A stretch of DNA of 64,000 nt from NCBI GenBank assembly GCA_963667035.1, contig OY762964.1, forward strand, positions 128,001 through 192,000, given 5' to 3'. This DNA is from Candidatus Cloacimonadales bacterium. GTDB taxonomy: Bacteria; Cloacimonadota; Cloacimonadia; Cloacimonadales; JAFGVF01. The position numbers and the translations under genes were made by a program. Shown here piece by piece: positions 9,982-19,293 of this stretch. Within the stretch, counting starts at the first letter, position 1. The number at the start of each line of letters is the position of its first letter. Under the pieces are notes generated by a model that was given only the letters and a program-made list of their open reading frames with translations, was not told the DNA's origin and did no database searches.

Positions 9982-10360
9982 AAGAAAGAGAACATAATTT
10001 GTCGGGAGTAAAAAGAAAAGTGTGTAAACCTCAATTCAAAAGGACTAAATGAGCAACCGCCTTATGATCCGGATTAGCTACTGAATATTATCATTCTTGG
10101 TACCTATGGTAGTCAGTCCAATGTTATAGATAGTTTTTGTAAGTAAGATTCACAAACTCCAAGCTTAATCATTTCAGCAAAAACTGTAAAATTATACTAA
10201 ATTTACTGAAAAAACACAAAATAAGGTGAAAATATGTTCCGAGAGCAAACATGATAATTAGCACAATTACATATTTTTCATATTTATAATGAACAATCAT
10301 TCAGTGAGGTGGTTAAGCTTATAATGCTTAAAGATAGTTATTTCGCCAGTTATTTGAGAG

Positions 10361-10398
10361 TGTAAACTGTTTTACATGTAACAACCTATAGCTTGACA
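10361..10398 (+). promoter_or_regulatory. Palindromic operator (TGTAAA-CTGT-TTTACA) and TTGACA -35 box upstream of the Mbx-like operon
   Basis: Palindrome at 10361-10376 and TTGACA at 10393-10398; the -10 box is weak. Confidence 0.45.
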
Positions 10399-10473
10399 AA
10401 TAATTTGCTCAACAGCCTTATATGTACATAATATAAGGAAATATGCAAGCCGACTATATAAACAGGAGGTTAT

Positions 10474-10968
10474 ATGAAAAGATTAAAATCGGGGATTATT
10501 CTCTTTTTAATCCTTTTTCTTTTCTGGATACTTTTGGCCGGTACAGACAGAAACGAGCTAATAGCCGGAGCTTTAATAGCTGTGTTTATATCACTGATTT
10601 TTGCTCCCGGATTAAGCAAGGTTGGGTGTATTAAGATAAACCCCAAATCACTATTGTTTATTTTTCTCTACATTCTTGTCTTTCTAAAAGAATTGGTTAA
10701 AAGCACTCTGGATGTTGCAAAGAGAGTAGTCTCCAGAGATTTACCGATTAATCCGGGTATTGTAAAAGTCAAAACCACTCTTAAATGTCCAATTGGAAGA
10801 ACAATTCTAGCAAACTCAATAACCTTAACACCCGGGACGATGACGGTTGAAACCAGAGGTGAATACTTCTATATCCATTGGATTGATATTAAGGGAAACA
10901 ACATTCAGGAAGCAACCGAATCGATAGTATCAACTTTTGAAAAGTATTTGGAGGTGATTTTTGAATAA
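10474..10968 (+). CDS. mnhE: Mrp/Mbx antiporter subunit E (MnhE/MbxA)
   Basis: PINPGIV and LANSITLTPGT..V motifs. Confidence 0.92.
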   Translation: MKRLKSGIILFLILFLFWILLAGTDRNELIAGALIAVFISLIFAPGLSKVGCIKINPKSLLFIFLYILVFLKELVKSTLDVAKRVVSRDLPINPGIVKVKTTLKCPIGRTILANSITLTPGTMTVETRGEYFYIHWIDIKGNNIQEATESIVSTFEKYLEVIFE

Positions 10969-11230
10969 CATAGCCATGATTATATTTCAGATTGCTTTTC
11001 TAATCATAACGGGGGCAATGTTGCTTTCGTTCATCAGGTTCATTAAAGGACCTACTTCTGCCGATAAGGTTGTTGCCTTAGATGCGATGACAATCTCGGG
11101 AATCTCCCTGATTGTGTTTGTTGCCCTTAATGCCGGCAGAATTATTTACCTCGATGTAGCTCTCGTTTATGCTTTGATAAGTTTTCTGGGAGTTGTTGCG
11201 GTTGCAAGATATCTGGAGGGTGGATTATGA
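10961..11230 (+). CDS. mnhF: Mrp/Mbx subunit F (MnhF/MbxB)
   Basis: GPTSADKVVALD, YLDVALVYALISFLG. Confidence 0.92.
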   Translation: MNNIAMIIFQIAFLIITGAMLLSFIRFIKGPTSADKVVALDAMTISGISLIVFVALNAGRIIYLDVALVYALISFLGVVAVARYLEGGL

Positions 11231-11562
11231 TGCAGATTATAGGATCAGTCATTTCACTCATCGGTGCAATTTTCATATTTTTAGGTGCTCTTGGTGTTTT
11301 AAGAATGCCGGATGTATACAATCGTATGCAAGCGGGGACAAAAGCAACTACTTTAGGCTCTATGCTAACACTACTGGGAGTTGGTATCGCTATCCCCGGT
11401 TGGCTGGGAAGAGTTATTATACTGATTGTTTTTATACTTCTTACAAATCCGATAAGTTCACATGTTCTTGCACGTGCAGCACATTTTAAAGGTATAAAGC
11501 TAACAGATAAATCCATTAAAGATGATCTTAAAGACGATGCGGAAGGAGAGATAGATGCTTAG
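11227..11562 (+). CDS. mnhG: Mrp/Mbx subunit G (MnhG/MbxC)
   Basis: G.LRMPDVYNRMQAGTKATTLG, LTNPISSH. Confidence 0.92.
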   Translation: MMQIIGSVISLIGAIFIFLGALGVLRMPDVYNRMQAGTKATTLGSMLTLLGVGIAIPGWLGRVIILIVFILLTNPISSHVLARAAHFKGIKLTDKSIKDDLKDDAEGEIDA

Positions 11563-11809
11563 TACAATTATTATTATAGTCCTCTCTTTAGTCAGTATAT
11601 ATGCCGCAATATACGCAGTTTTAGCAAAAAAGCTTGTTAATGCAGTCATCTCAACCGGCGTCATAAGTCTTAATGCCTCAATAATATTTCTATTTCTTGC
11701 TTCACCGGATGTTGCCATGACGGAAGCTTCAATAGGTTCAGCTCTCACTACTGTTGTCTTTCTGTATGCTCTTAAGCAGATTAAGAAGTTTGATAAGGGG
11801 GAAAAATGA
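11555..11809 (+). CDS. DUF4040 / MbxD-type small membrane subunit
   Basis: SPDVAMTEASIGS motif; 84 aa, hydrophobic. Confidence 0.85.
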   Translation: MLSTIIIIVLSLVSIYAAIYAVLAKKLVNAVISTGVISLNASIIFLFLASPDVAMTEASIGSALTTVVFLYALKQIKKFDKGEK

Positions 11810-12501
11810 TTAAGTATCTACTCATTATAATCGTCCTTATAGGTATGGGAGTTATATTCTATCCCCTGGTTAACGCAAACTCAATGAACCGGGATATGAG
11901 TATGCTATCGCAAGAGTATATTGTTCGAAGTGCCTCAGAGTTAAACATTCCTAATGTTGTAACAGGCATAGTAGTTACTTTTAGAGGACTCGATACTTTA
12001 GGGGAAGTAACCGTTCTTTTCTTAGCAACAGCAGGAGTGGGATTTTTACTCAAGAAAAAAGAGATAAGAGATTGTTGTAAAAGAGACGGTTCGGAGATTA
12101 TAAAAACTGCTTCAAGTATGCTGACACCAATAATTATACTATTTGGAATATACATTTTCATTCATGGACATCTAACTCCGGGAGGAGGATTCCAAGGAGG
12201 TGTGGTAATAGCTTCTGCATTCCTTCTACTGATTATGGCTTTTGCCGGATTCAAAATGTCCCATTTACTTATACATTTAACAGAATCACTATCCGGTTTT
12301 ACTTATGTGCTAATTGGTACCGTGGGATTGGTTCTGTTTGGTATTAACCACTTTTTGAATCCTCTTTGGTTACAACCCGGGACTTGGGGAAACCTGATTT
12401 CCGGAAGTGCAATACCAATTATTTATAGTCTGATAGGAATCAAAGTAGGGGCAGAGATGTCCAGTTTACTTGATTCTCTTAAAATGGAGGAGGATGAATG
12501 A
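11806..12501 (+). CDS. mnhB: Mrp/Mbx subunit B (MnhB; MbxE-F type)
   Basis: NVVT.IV..FRGLDTLGE and GHLTPGGGFQGG motifs. Confidence 0.9.
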   Translation: MIKYLLIIIVLIGMGVIFYPLVNANSMNRDMSMLSQEYIVRSASELNIPNVVTGIVVTFRGLDTLGEVTVLFLATAGVGFLLKKKEIRDCCKRDGSEIIKTASSMLTPIIILFGIYIFIHGHLTPGGGFQGGVVIASAFLLLIMAFAGFKMSHLLIHLTESLSGFTYVLIGTVGLVLFGINHFLNPLWLQPGTWGNLISGSAIPIIYSLIGIKVGAEMSSLLDSLKMEEDE

Positions 12502-12869
12502 TAGTAACAATTACAGGATTTATCCTAATTCTAATCGGAATCTGGGCTATGTTAACAAGAAAGAATATTATCAAGATTATCCTTGGTTTTGCTATTGCCG
12601 ATACCGGAGTGAACATTGTTATAGTAACTCTCGGGTATCTTAAGGGTAAAACAGCACCGATTCTCGATAATGCAGTTACCGGAAATATAGCATTACAAGC
12701 CGGAGCTGATGCGGTAAACAAAGTAGTAGACCCAATACCTAGTGCTCTTGTGCTTACTGCTATCGTAATAGGATTAGCTGTTACAGCCCTTATGCTGGCT
12801 TATTCCATAAGATTGTACAAGGTTAGTGGAACCCTGAATATTGATGAGTTTAAGGAGCAAAAATGGTAA
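12498..12869 (+). CDS. mnhC: Mrp/Mbx subunit C (MnhC/MbxG)
   Basis: DPIPSALVLTAIVIG motif. Confidence 0.92.
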   Translation: MIVTITGFILILIGIWAMLTRKNIIKIILGFAIADTGVNIVIVTLGYLKGKTAPILDNAVTGNIALQAGADAVNKVVDPIPSALVLTAIVIGLAVTALMLAYSIRLYKVSGTLNIDEFKEQKW

Positions 12870-15800
12870 ACCCTATATACATGATAGCAATGTTTTTAGT
12901 TGTAGCATTTCTGCTTGCCCTAACCGAGAAAGTAAACCGAAAATTGAGTTTTGGTTTATTCTACCTATCTCTTACCTCCGGTTTAGTTTTATCACTGCTC
13001 AGACTTGCTGAGTTAGTCTCTACCAACAACGGATTAGATGTAATATATACAGCCGGATTTGAAGCTCCTTTATCCATTGTCTTGAGTTTTGGCATGAAAG
13101 AAACCGTAATGATTATTCTGGTTAATCTGGTTGGGATACTGTCCGGAATATACTTGTTTAAAGATTTCAAACGTAATGTGTACCAACCCTTAGCGTTATT
13201 CATGCTTATCCTTTTAGGAGCTAACGGATTGATTATGACCCGAGACATATTTAACACCTTTGTGTTCTTAGAAATCATATCTATTTCGACTTATGCTTTC
13301 ATCGGAATAAAAGGGACCAAAGATTCTTTGGCAGCAGGCTTTAAATATATGATGGCAGGAGGAGTAGCCAGTTTGTTACTCTTACTGGGAATTGTTTTTG
13401 TTTATAAATATACAGGGACTCTTAATCTCGACTATTTGATAGCTAATGGAGCAAGCGGAGCTCTTGGTTACAAAGTCGCCGTATTCATGCTTGTTATGGC
13501 TGTTATAATTGAATTGAAGCCATTCCCGGCAAACGGGTGGGCATTAGACCTTTATCAATCTGTTCATCCGGGTATTGGTGCAATTGTCTCATCGGTAAAT
13601 ACGGGTGCTTTACTATTCTTACTGTACAAGTTGATACCTGCGATGCCTGATAATCTCGTTCTATTAGTATCAGGGACAGGACTTTTAAGCTTTGTAATGT
13701 CTAATCTTGTTGCTCTAAGACAGAAGGACTCGGGAAGACTATTGGGTTATTCATCAACAGCTCAAACAGGATTGATTATTTTTGTTATGAGCAGATTAAA
13801 GCTAATGAATGTTGACTCCTCGTTGATTATGATGATGTCATTAGGCTTGTTCATAACCAACCTGTTCTCAAAAACAGGATTATTCTGGTTGAAAGGTGTG
13901 ATAGCTGACAAGAATATCAAAGAATGGAGTTCTATAAGAACTAATCCTTTTTTACTATTGATGTTTATAATATTCACAGTTGCTCTTGCCGGATTACCAC
14001 CATTCCCCGCTTTTACAACTAAATGGGAAATAGTTAAGGTTTTAGCAAACGGTAATAGATGGTGGGTACTAAGTGCAATCCTTTTAGGCTCACTATTCGA
14101 AGCTACATACATTTTCAGATGGATTGGTTATGCTTTAAAAAGAAAGATTGTCAATACCTCTTTTAATGACTCAATCTCTACAATAGTCCCTATTGCAATA
14201 TCCGGTTTATCCATATTCATGCTTTCAATTATGTCAGGAGTAATCAATTATCAATGGCATTTGACTGTTTTAATGCCTATTGTGGCATTACTGGTATTTG
14301 CAATACTAGATCCGCTTCCGTTGAAACTCAAAGGATTTCTAGCAATAATACTATTGAGTCTGTGGTCCTGGAAATTTGTGTATCCTTCGTTGTCCGGAAT
14401 AGGCTATTTCTTTGGCTTAATCCTAATAGCAGGAAGTATAGTACAGATTTTCGGTTTCATACATCATAAGCATGACAGAAAGGGTTTGTTTCCTCTTCTA
14501 ACTATGCTAATTGTTTCAATGGGAAATCTACTGCTTGCAACCTCTAAACTGAGTTTCTTTGTCAGTTGGGAGTTTATGACTTTAGCAGGATACTTCCTTA
14601 TAATGAGAGGAAAACAAGCTGAGAAACCGGCGCTACGATTTATGGTATTTTCTCTTGCAGGTGCCTACACGATTCTATCAGGACTCAATCTTTTACCGAC
14701 TATCAGTACATCAGCACCATTTTATCAACAAGTCTCTTATCTAAACATAGGTCTATTACCTATTGCTTTACTAAGTGTAGGTTTTCTTCTTAAGATGGGA
14801 GCCTTTGGTTTACATGTTTGGTTACCGGATGCTTATGCCGAATCGGAAGATGAATTCACTTCCGTACTCTCCTCTGTTTTCTCAAAAACAGGAGTATTAG
14901 GTTTGCTCCTTGTTCTTGTAATGGGAAGAAGATACTTATTTAATCATGCTTATTTACCTGATATTCTGAGTTGGATAGGAGTGTTAACTGCTTTCTTTGG
15001 TGCTTTAATGGCAGTTTTCCAGGAAGATGTTAAAAAGCTTCTGGCGTACTCAAGTATGGGGCAATTAGGTTACATTATACTAAGCTTTGCTACAATGTCA
15101 CACTTAGGATGGATAGCGGCTTTCTATATGACTATGAATCATTTCCTGTTCAAGGTTCTCATCCTTATGGCAATAACAGGAGTTCTATATAGAACCAAAA
15201 CCAGGTGGATATATGAAATGGGTGGTTTGATTAAGAAGATGCCTATATCGTTCATCAGTGTACTGATTGGCATAATAGCTGTATCGGGAGTACCACCGCT
15301 AAGTGGGTTCGGAAGTAAATGGCTTATATACACCTCCCTGATATCAAGAGGTTTCTACCTTCAGGCTGGCTTAGCTTTCTTCTCGGGAGCAATATCGTTC
15401 CTATATCTATACAAGTTGATTCACACAGTTTTCCTTGGTCAGGCTAAAACTGCACATAAATCGGTTAAGGAAGCTCCTATCTGGATATTGATACCTCAGA
15501 TTATCTTCATGATGCTGATTATGGCAATATCCGTTTTCCCGAATTTGATTACTTATCCCGTTTCCGCAATGGTTAATCAATATATACCTAAACCGGAATG
15601 GTTAACCTGGAGTGGATATACATTTACTCTACAATCGGAAATACTCTCGGGTAAATGGAATGGAAATACTGTAATGATGGTTACAATAGGTGTATTCATG
15701 CTTCCATTACTTTGGTTACTTTGGGTTAAAACAAAGGTAGAGAAAGTAAAGCAGTTAAACATAGTATTTGCTGCCGAAAGACCATTGAAGCCTGAAACAA

Positions 15801-16012
15801 CTCATTTCGCCCATAATATGTTTGCTCCTTATAATAAAGCTTTAGGATTTTTAGTTAATCCAAGAGCAACTGCTTTCTGGAATGGAGTCCGAGAATGGAC
15901 TAATTCGTTAAGTGCAATGTTCTCGCATATCTATACAGGTAACGGACAAACATATCTTTTACACATCTTCCTCTACGTAGTCGGATTGTACTTTTTGGGA
16001 GGTATAAAATAA
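12863..16012 (+). CDS. Fused double MrpD/NuoL-M-type proton-conducting subunit (MbxH+MbxH'-like)
   Basis: 1049 aa with two antiporter-like modules: FVFLEI...LLGYSS...GLPPFPAFTTKW and FVSWEFM...HVWLPDAY...LLAYSSMGQ...GVPPLSGFGSKW. Confidence 0.88.
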   Translation: MVNPIYMIAMFLVVAFLLALTEKVNRKLSFGLFYLSLTSGLVLSLLRLAELVSTNNGLDVIYTAGFEAPLSIVLSFGMKETVMIILVNLVGILSGIYLFKDFKRNVYQPLALFMLILLGANGLIMTRDIFNTFVFLEIISISTYAFIGIKGTKDSLAAGFKYMMAGGVASLLLLLGIVFVYKYTGTLNLDYLIANGASGALGYKVAVFMLVMAVIIELKPFPANGWALDLYQSVHPGIGAIVSSVNTGALLFLLYKLIPAMPDNLVLLVSGTGLLSFVMSNLVALRQKDSGRLLGYSSTAQTGLIIFVMSRLKLMNVDSSLIMMMSLGLFITNLFSKTGLFWLKGVIADKNIKEWSSIRTNPFLLLMFIIFTVALAGLPPFPAFTTKWEIVKVLANGNRWWVLSAILLGSLFEATYIFRWIGYALKRKIVNTSFNDSISTIVPIAISGLSIFMLSIMSGVINYQWHLTVLMPIVALLVFAILDPLPLKLKGFLAIILLSLWSWKFVYPSLSGIGYFFGLILIAGSIVQIFGFIHHKHDRKGLFPLLTMLIVSMGNLLLATSKLSFFVSWEFMTLAGYFLIMRGKQAEKPALRFMVFSLAGAYTILSGLNLLPTISTSAPFYQQVSYLNIGLLPIALLSVGFLLKMGAFGLHVWLPDAYAESEDEFTSVLSSVFSKTGVLGLLLVLVMGRRYLFNHAYLPDILSWIGVLTAFFGALMAVFQEDVKKLLAYSSMGQLGYIILSFATMSHLGWIAAFYMTMNHFLFKVLILMAITGVLYRTKTRWIYEMGGLIKKMPISFISVLIGIIAVSGVPPLSGFGSKWLIYTSLISRGFYLQAGLAFFSGAISFLYLYKLIHTVFLGQAKTAHKSVKEAPIWILIPQIIFMMLIMAISVFPNLITYPVSAMVNQYIPKPEWLTWSGYTFTLQSEILSGKWNGNTVMMVTIGVFMLPLLWLLWVKTKVEKVKQLNIVFAAERPLKPETTHFAHNMFAPYNKALGFLVNPRATAFWNGVREWTNSLSAMFSHIYTGNGQTYLLHIFLYVVGLYFLGGIK

Positions 16013-16923
16013 TGCAGGAAATTATCATAAAGATACTATTTGCCTTCATATCATTAGCTGTAGTTACAGTTTGGGGGCTAACTTTAAATGGAATGGTAAG
16101 AAAGATATATGCCAGAGTTCAAGGTAGAATAGGTCCACCTGTCTGGCAACCATTCATTGATATTATCAAAAACTATAGCGTAAGAACCGGAGTTACGCAC
16201 GGTATAATGTTCTATTTAGGACCTGTTTTCCGCATAGCTGGTGGCATCGGAACCTATATGTTTATACCTGTAATCTTTGGTTCGGTTATATTCTCAAACT
16301 TTTCTATGGGTGGAGACCTGCTTCTGGTGATGTATTTCATCTTCTTTGGTCAATTGGGAATGGCTTTGGGAGCAGGCGAGGGAGGTCACCCCTATTCAGC
16401 GGTTGGTGTAAGTAGAGGACTTGCCCAAATGACTGCATTTGAAGTCCCTTTTGCCATCTCCGTGATAAGTCTGGCTTTGCAATATCATACTCTCAATATT
16501 ACCGATATAGTTGCCGCTCAACAAGGTGGGATTTCTCATTGGACTATGGTAACTAATCCTCTAGCTGTTATTGCCGCTATGATATCGATGTTGGGTATGA
16601 ATATGTATAATCCATTCTCAATTGTAGTTGCACCGCAAGAAATACCGATGGGACCTCCGACCGAGTATCAGGGAGGATTTCTTAGTTTCTTGGCAACGAA
16701 CAGAGGAATTTTCGCAGGGGCAAAACTAGTTTTGTTTATGAATCTGTTCTATGGCGGAGCAACAAATCTACCGGTGCTTATGTTTAAGACTTTTGCAATA
16801 TATATGTTTAGTGTTTTTGTGGGAGCGGCTTTCCCACGTTACAGAACCGAAGACTCAATCAAATTCTTCCTTAGAATTCCAACTGCAATTGCCTTGTTGG
16901 GATTGCTTTACACCTATTTATAG
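16012..16923 (+). CDS. NuoH/MbxM-like membrane subunit
   Basis: RKIYARVQGRIGPP..QPF.D..K, PF.I..APQEI..GP.TEY, PRYR. Confidence 0.92.
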   Translation: MQEIIIKILFAFISLAVVTVWGLTLNGMVRKIYARVQGRIGPPVWQPFIDIIKNYSVRTGVTHGIMFYLGPVFRIAGGIGTYMFIPVIFGSVIFSNFSMGGDLLLVMYFIFFGQLGMALGAGEGGHPYSAVGVSRGLAQMTAFEVPFAISVISLALQYHTLNITDIVAAQQGGISHWTMVTNPLAVIAAMISMLGMNMYNPFSIVVAPQEIPMGPPTEYQGGFLSFLATNRGIFAGAKLVLFMNLFYGGATNLPVLMFKTFAIYMFSVFVGAAFPRYRTEDSIKFFLRIPTAIALLGLLYTYL

Positions 16924-16931
16924 GAGAAATC

Positions 16932-17600
16932 ATGAACGAAAAAGATAAAGATAAAGATAAAACCGTTGTTGATAACTGGACAGTAGATAGCAAAACCCTT
17001 GCTAATGCTGACTTACCCCCGGAGGAGAGAGAATGGTTTAGTGATTCGAGACCTCAACCTGCTAAACCCGCATCTTGGGCTCCTATGGAGAAGTTCTTGA
17101 ACTGGGCAAGAGCCAATAGTCTGTGGATTCTTGCTTTTGGAACGGGTTGTGGAGCAGTTGAGTTACGTCCGTTACTCACTTCAAGGTATGACATATCAAG
17201 ACTTGGGATGGCACCACGACCTACTCCGAGACAAGCCTCTGTCTTTATGATTGGAGGTTATGTTTCCATTAAGACTCTGAAAAGAGTTGTAAGGAGTTAT
17301 GAACAGATGCAGGGACCTAAGTTTGTTGTTGCCGTATGTTCATGTGCTATAAACGGAGGTATGTATTGGGATTCGTATAATACTGTAAAAAGAATTGATC
17401 AATACATCCCTGTCGATGTATATGTTACAGGTTGTATGCCACGCCCTGAAGCTGTCTTAGCCGGATTTGAGAAACTTAAAGAGTTGATTAAAGCGGGTAA
17501 AGCAGAAGGACAGAATCTATATGCAGAGAAGTTTGATTGGTACAAAGCTAATCAAAAAAGAGTTATCAAAGACTGGAATATGCCTGATTATAACTGGTAG
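16932..17600 (+). CDS. NuoB/MbxJ-like Fe-S subunit
   Basis: FGTGCGAVE, TPRQA, CSCAINGGMYWDSY, IPVDVYVTGCMPRPE. Confidence 0.92.
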   Translation: MNEKDKDKDKTVVDNWTVDSKTLANADLPPEEREWFSDSRPQPAKPASWAPMEKFLNWARANSLWILAFGTGCGAVELRPLLTSRYDISRLGMAPRPTPRQASVFMIGGYVSIKTLKRVVRSYEQMQGPKFVVAVCSCAINGGMYWDSYNTVKRIDQYIPVDVYVTGCMPRPEAVLAGFEKLKELIKAGKAEGQNLYAEKFDWYKANQKRVIKDWNMPDYNW

Positions 17601-17606
17601 GTAAAA

Positions 17607-18131
17607 ATGAAGACATTAATTGAAAAACTAAATCTGCATTTCGACTTGGAGAATGTTAAGTTCCAAAGAGATAACTTATGTTTTGCTACTATATCCAAAG
17701 AAGATGCCGTTGCTTTAATCACCCATTTGAGGGATTTGGAAAACTTTACTCATTTAGTGCTCTTAACGGCTGTTGATAGAATAGAGCAAAACCAATTTCA
17801 ACTTACATATATCTTACATAACTATGAACTGAAGGCTGACTTGGGAGTAAGGGTAATGTTACCTCGAGAGACTCCTGTGATGGTATCTATTCATCACTTA
17901 TGGAAGCAAGCCAGAGTATATCAAAGAGAACTGCATGAGATGTTTGGCATAGATTTCCCGGGAAGTCCCGATGTAAATGTTCCGATGATTCTTGAGGGAT
18001 GGGAAGGAGTGCCCCCTATGAGAAGAGATTTCGATACAAAGAAATATTCGGAAGAGACATTTGACCATCGTCCTAGAAATCACGTAGAACCAGAACGACA
18101 ATTCAAGCAGGAAATGTATCCGGAGGATTAA
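17607..18131 (+). CDS. NuoC/MbxK-like subunit
   Basis: RELHEMFGI.F.G.P...P.RRDF motif. Confidence 0.9.
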   Translation: MKTLIEKLNLHFDLENVKFQRDNLCFATISKEDAVALITHLRDLENFTHLVLLTAVDRIEQNQFQLTYILHNYELKADLGVRVMLPRETPVMVSIHHLWKQARVYQRELHEMFGIDFPGSPDVNVPMILEGWEGVPPMRRDFDTKKYSEETFDHRPRNHVEPERQFKQEMYPED

Positions 18132-19288
18132 TGAAAGATTTATACCCACCAATTGTTGATGGAAAGTCAGTCTATGATATTGACAGTCAGAAGTATCTTA
18201 AGATGTGGCAAGGACCTCAACATCCGGGAGTAACCGGAAACATGAGTCTTGAACTGGATATCAGCGGAGACCAGATTATCAAGTGTACCACACATGTCGG
18301 TTATCTTCATAGAGGATTCGAGAAACTTATGGAAAGACGCAGATACATTAATTGCTTTCCTATTGTTTGCAGGATATGTGTTCCCGAACCGGATACTAAT
18401 GAATACTTGTTTGCAACGGCTACCGAAGAGCTACTCGGAATTGACATACCCGAAAAAGCCAAATGGCTTAGAACTCTTGATCTTGAGCTTTCCAGACTTG
18501 CCAGTTTCTTGATGTGGATTGGAGGACAAAGCGGTTCTTTCGGTTCAGGAACTGTTGCTCAATGGGCTATTGCTCACAGGGATTATGTTCTTGATTTATT
18601 CGAGGAACTTTCAGGAGCAAGAATCTATCACATGTATATTATTCCGGGAGGAGTTAGAGGTGATTTACCAAGAGGCTGGATTGCACATGCTGAGTCTGTA
18701 TTGGCTAAAGTAGAGAAACTTCTAGATGAGATTAAATATGTTCTCTTTAATAATTCAGTCTTTAAAACAAGAGCGGTTGGACTTGGCGTCATTACAAAAG
18801 ATATGATTGATAAATACGGTATAGTCGGACCTAATGCCAGAGGGAGCGGAGTTAAAAGAGATGTTAGAAAAGATACTCCTTATCTGGTATACGATAAACT
18901 TGATTTTGAGATTATCACCGAGACTGCCGGAGATGCTTATGCAAGAGCTGTTGTCAGATGGAAGGAAATGTATCAATCCATCGATTTAATCAGACAGATT
19001 ATTAATAAAATGCCGGTTGAAGGTGATATCTATACAACTTTGCCGAATGTCCTGCATCTGAAAGTTCCGGCAGGAGAAACTTATGTTAAAGCGGAATCAA
19101 CCAGAGGAGAGTACGGTTATTATATGGTCTCGGACGGAACACCTTTCCCAAGGAAAGTAACCGTTAGAGGTCCTTCATATTCTCATGCAATGGCACTACT
19201 TGAAGATTTAGCCGTAGGTTGCAACATTGCTGACACTCATGGTATGATGCTATCATTGCATACTTATCCCCCAGAGATTGAGAGGTAG
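18131..19288 (+). CDS. NuoD/MbxL-like subunit (no NiFe-binding C-terminal CxxC)
   Basis: GPQHPG, GYLHRGFEK, RICVPE, ES.RGE, RGPS; ends HTYPPEIER. Confidence 0.92.
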   Translation: MKDLYPPIVDGKSVYDIDSQKYLKMWQGPQHPGVTGNMSLELDISGDQIIKCTTHVGYLHRGFEKLMERRRYINCFPIVCRICVPEPDTNEYLFATATEELLGIDIPEKAKWLRTLDLELSRLASFLMWIGGQSGSFGSGTVAQWAIAHRDYVLDLFEELSGARIYHMYIIPGGVRGDLPRGWIAHAESVLAKVEKLLDEIKYVLFNNSVFKTRAVGLGVITKDMIDKYGIVGPNARGSGVKRDVRKDTPYLVYDKLDFEIITETAGDAYARAVVRWKEMYQSIDLIRQIINKMPVEGDIYTTLPNVLHLKVPAGETYVKAESTRGEYGYYMVSDGTPFPRKVTVRGPSYSHAMALLEDLAVGCNIADTHGMMLSLHTYPPEIER

Positions 19289-19293
19289 AAGTT

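Noticed and set aside
10040..10120. Riboswitch in the long leader of the Mbx-like operon
   Set aside because: Only a short possible closing stem (GGACT/AGTCC); I could not match any riboswitch consensus. An Rfam cmscan is needed.
18131..19288. Group 4 [NiFe]-hydrogenase large subunit
   Set aside because: The RxCGxC motif is replaced by RICVPE and the C-terminal DPCxxC motif is absent.
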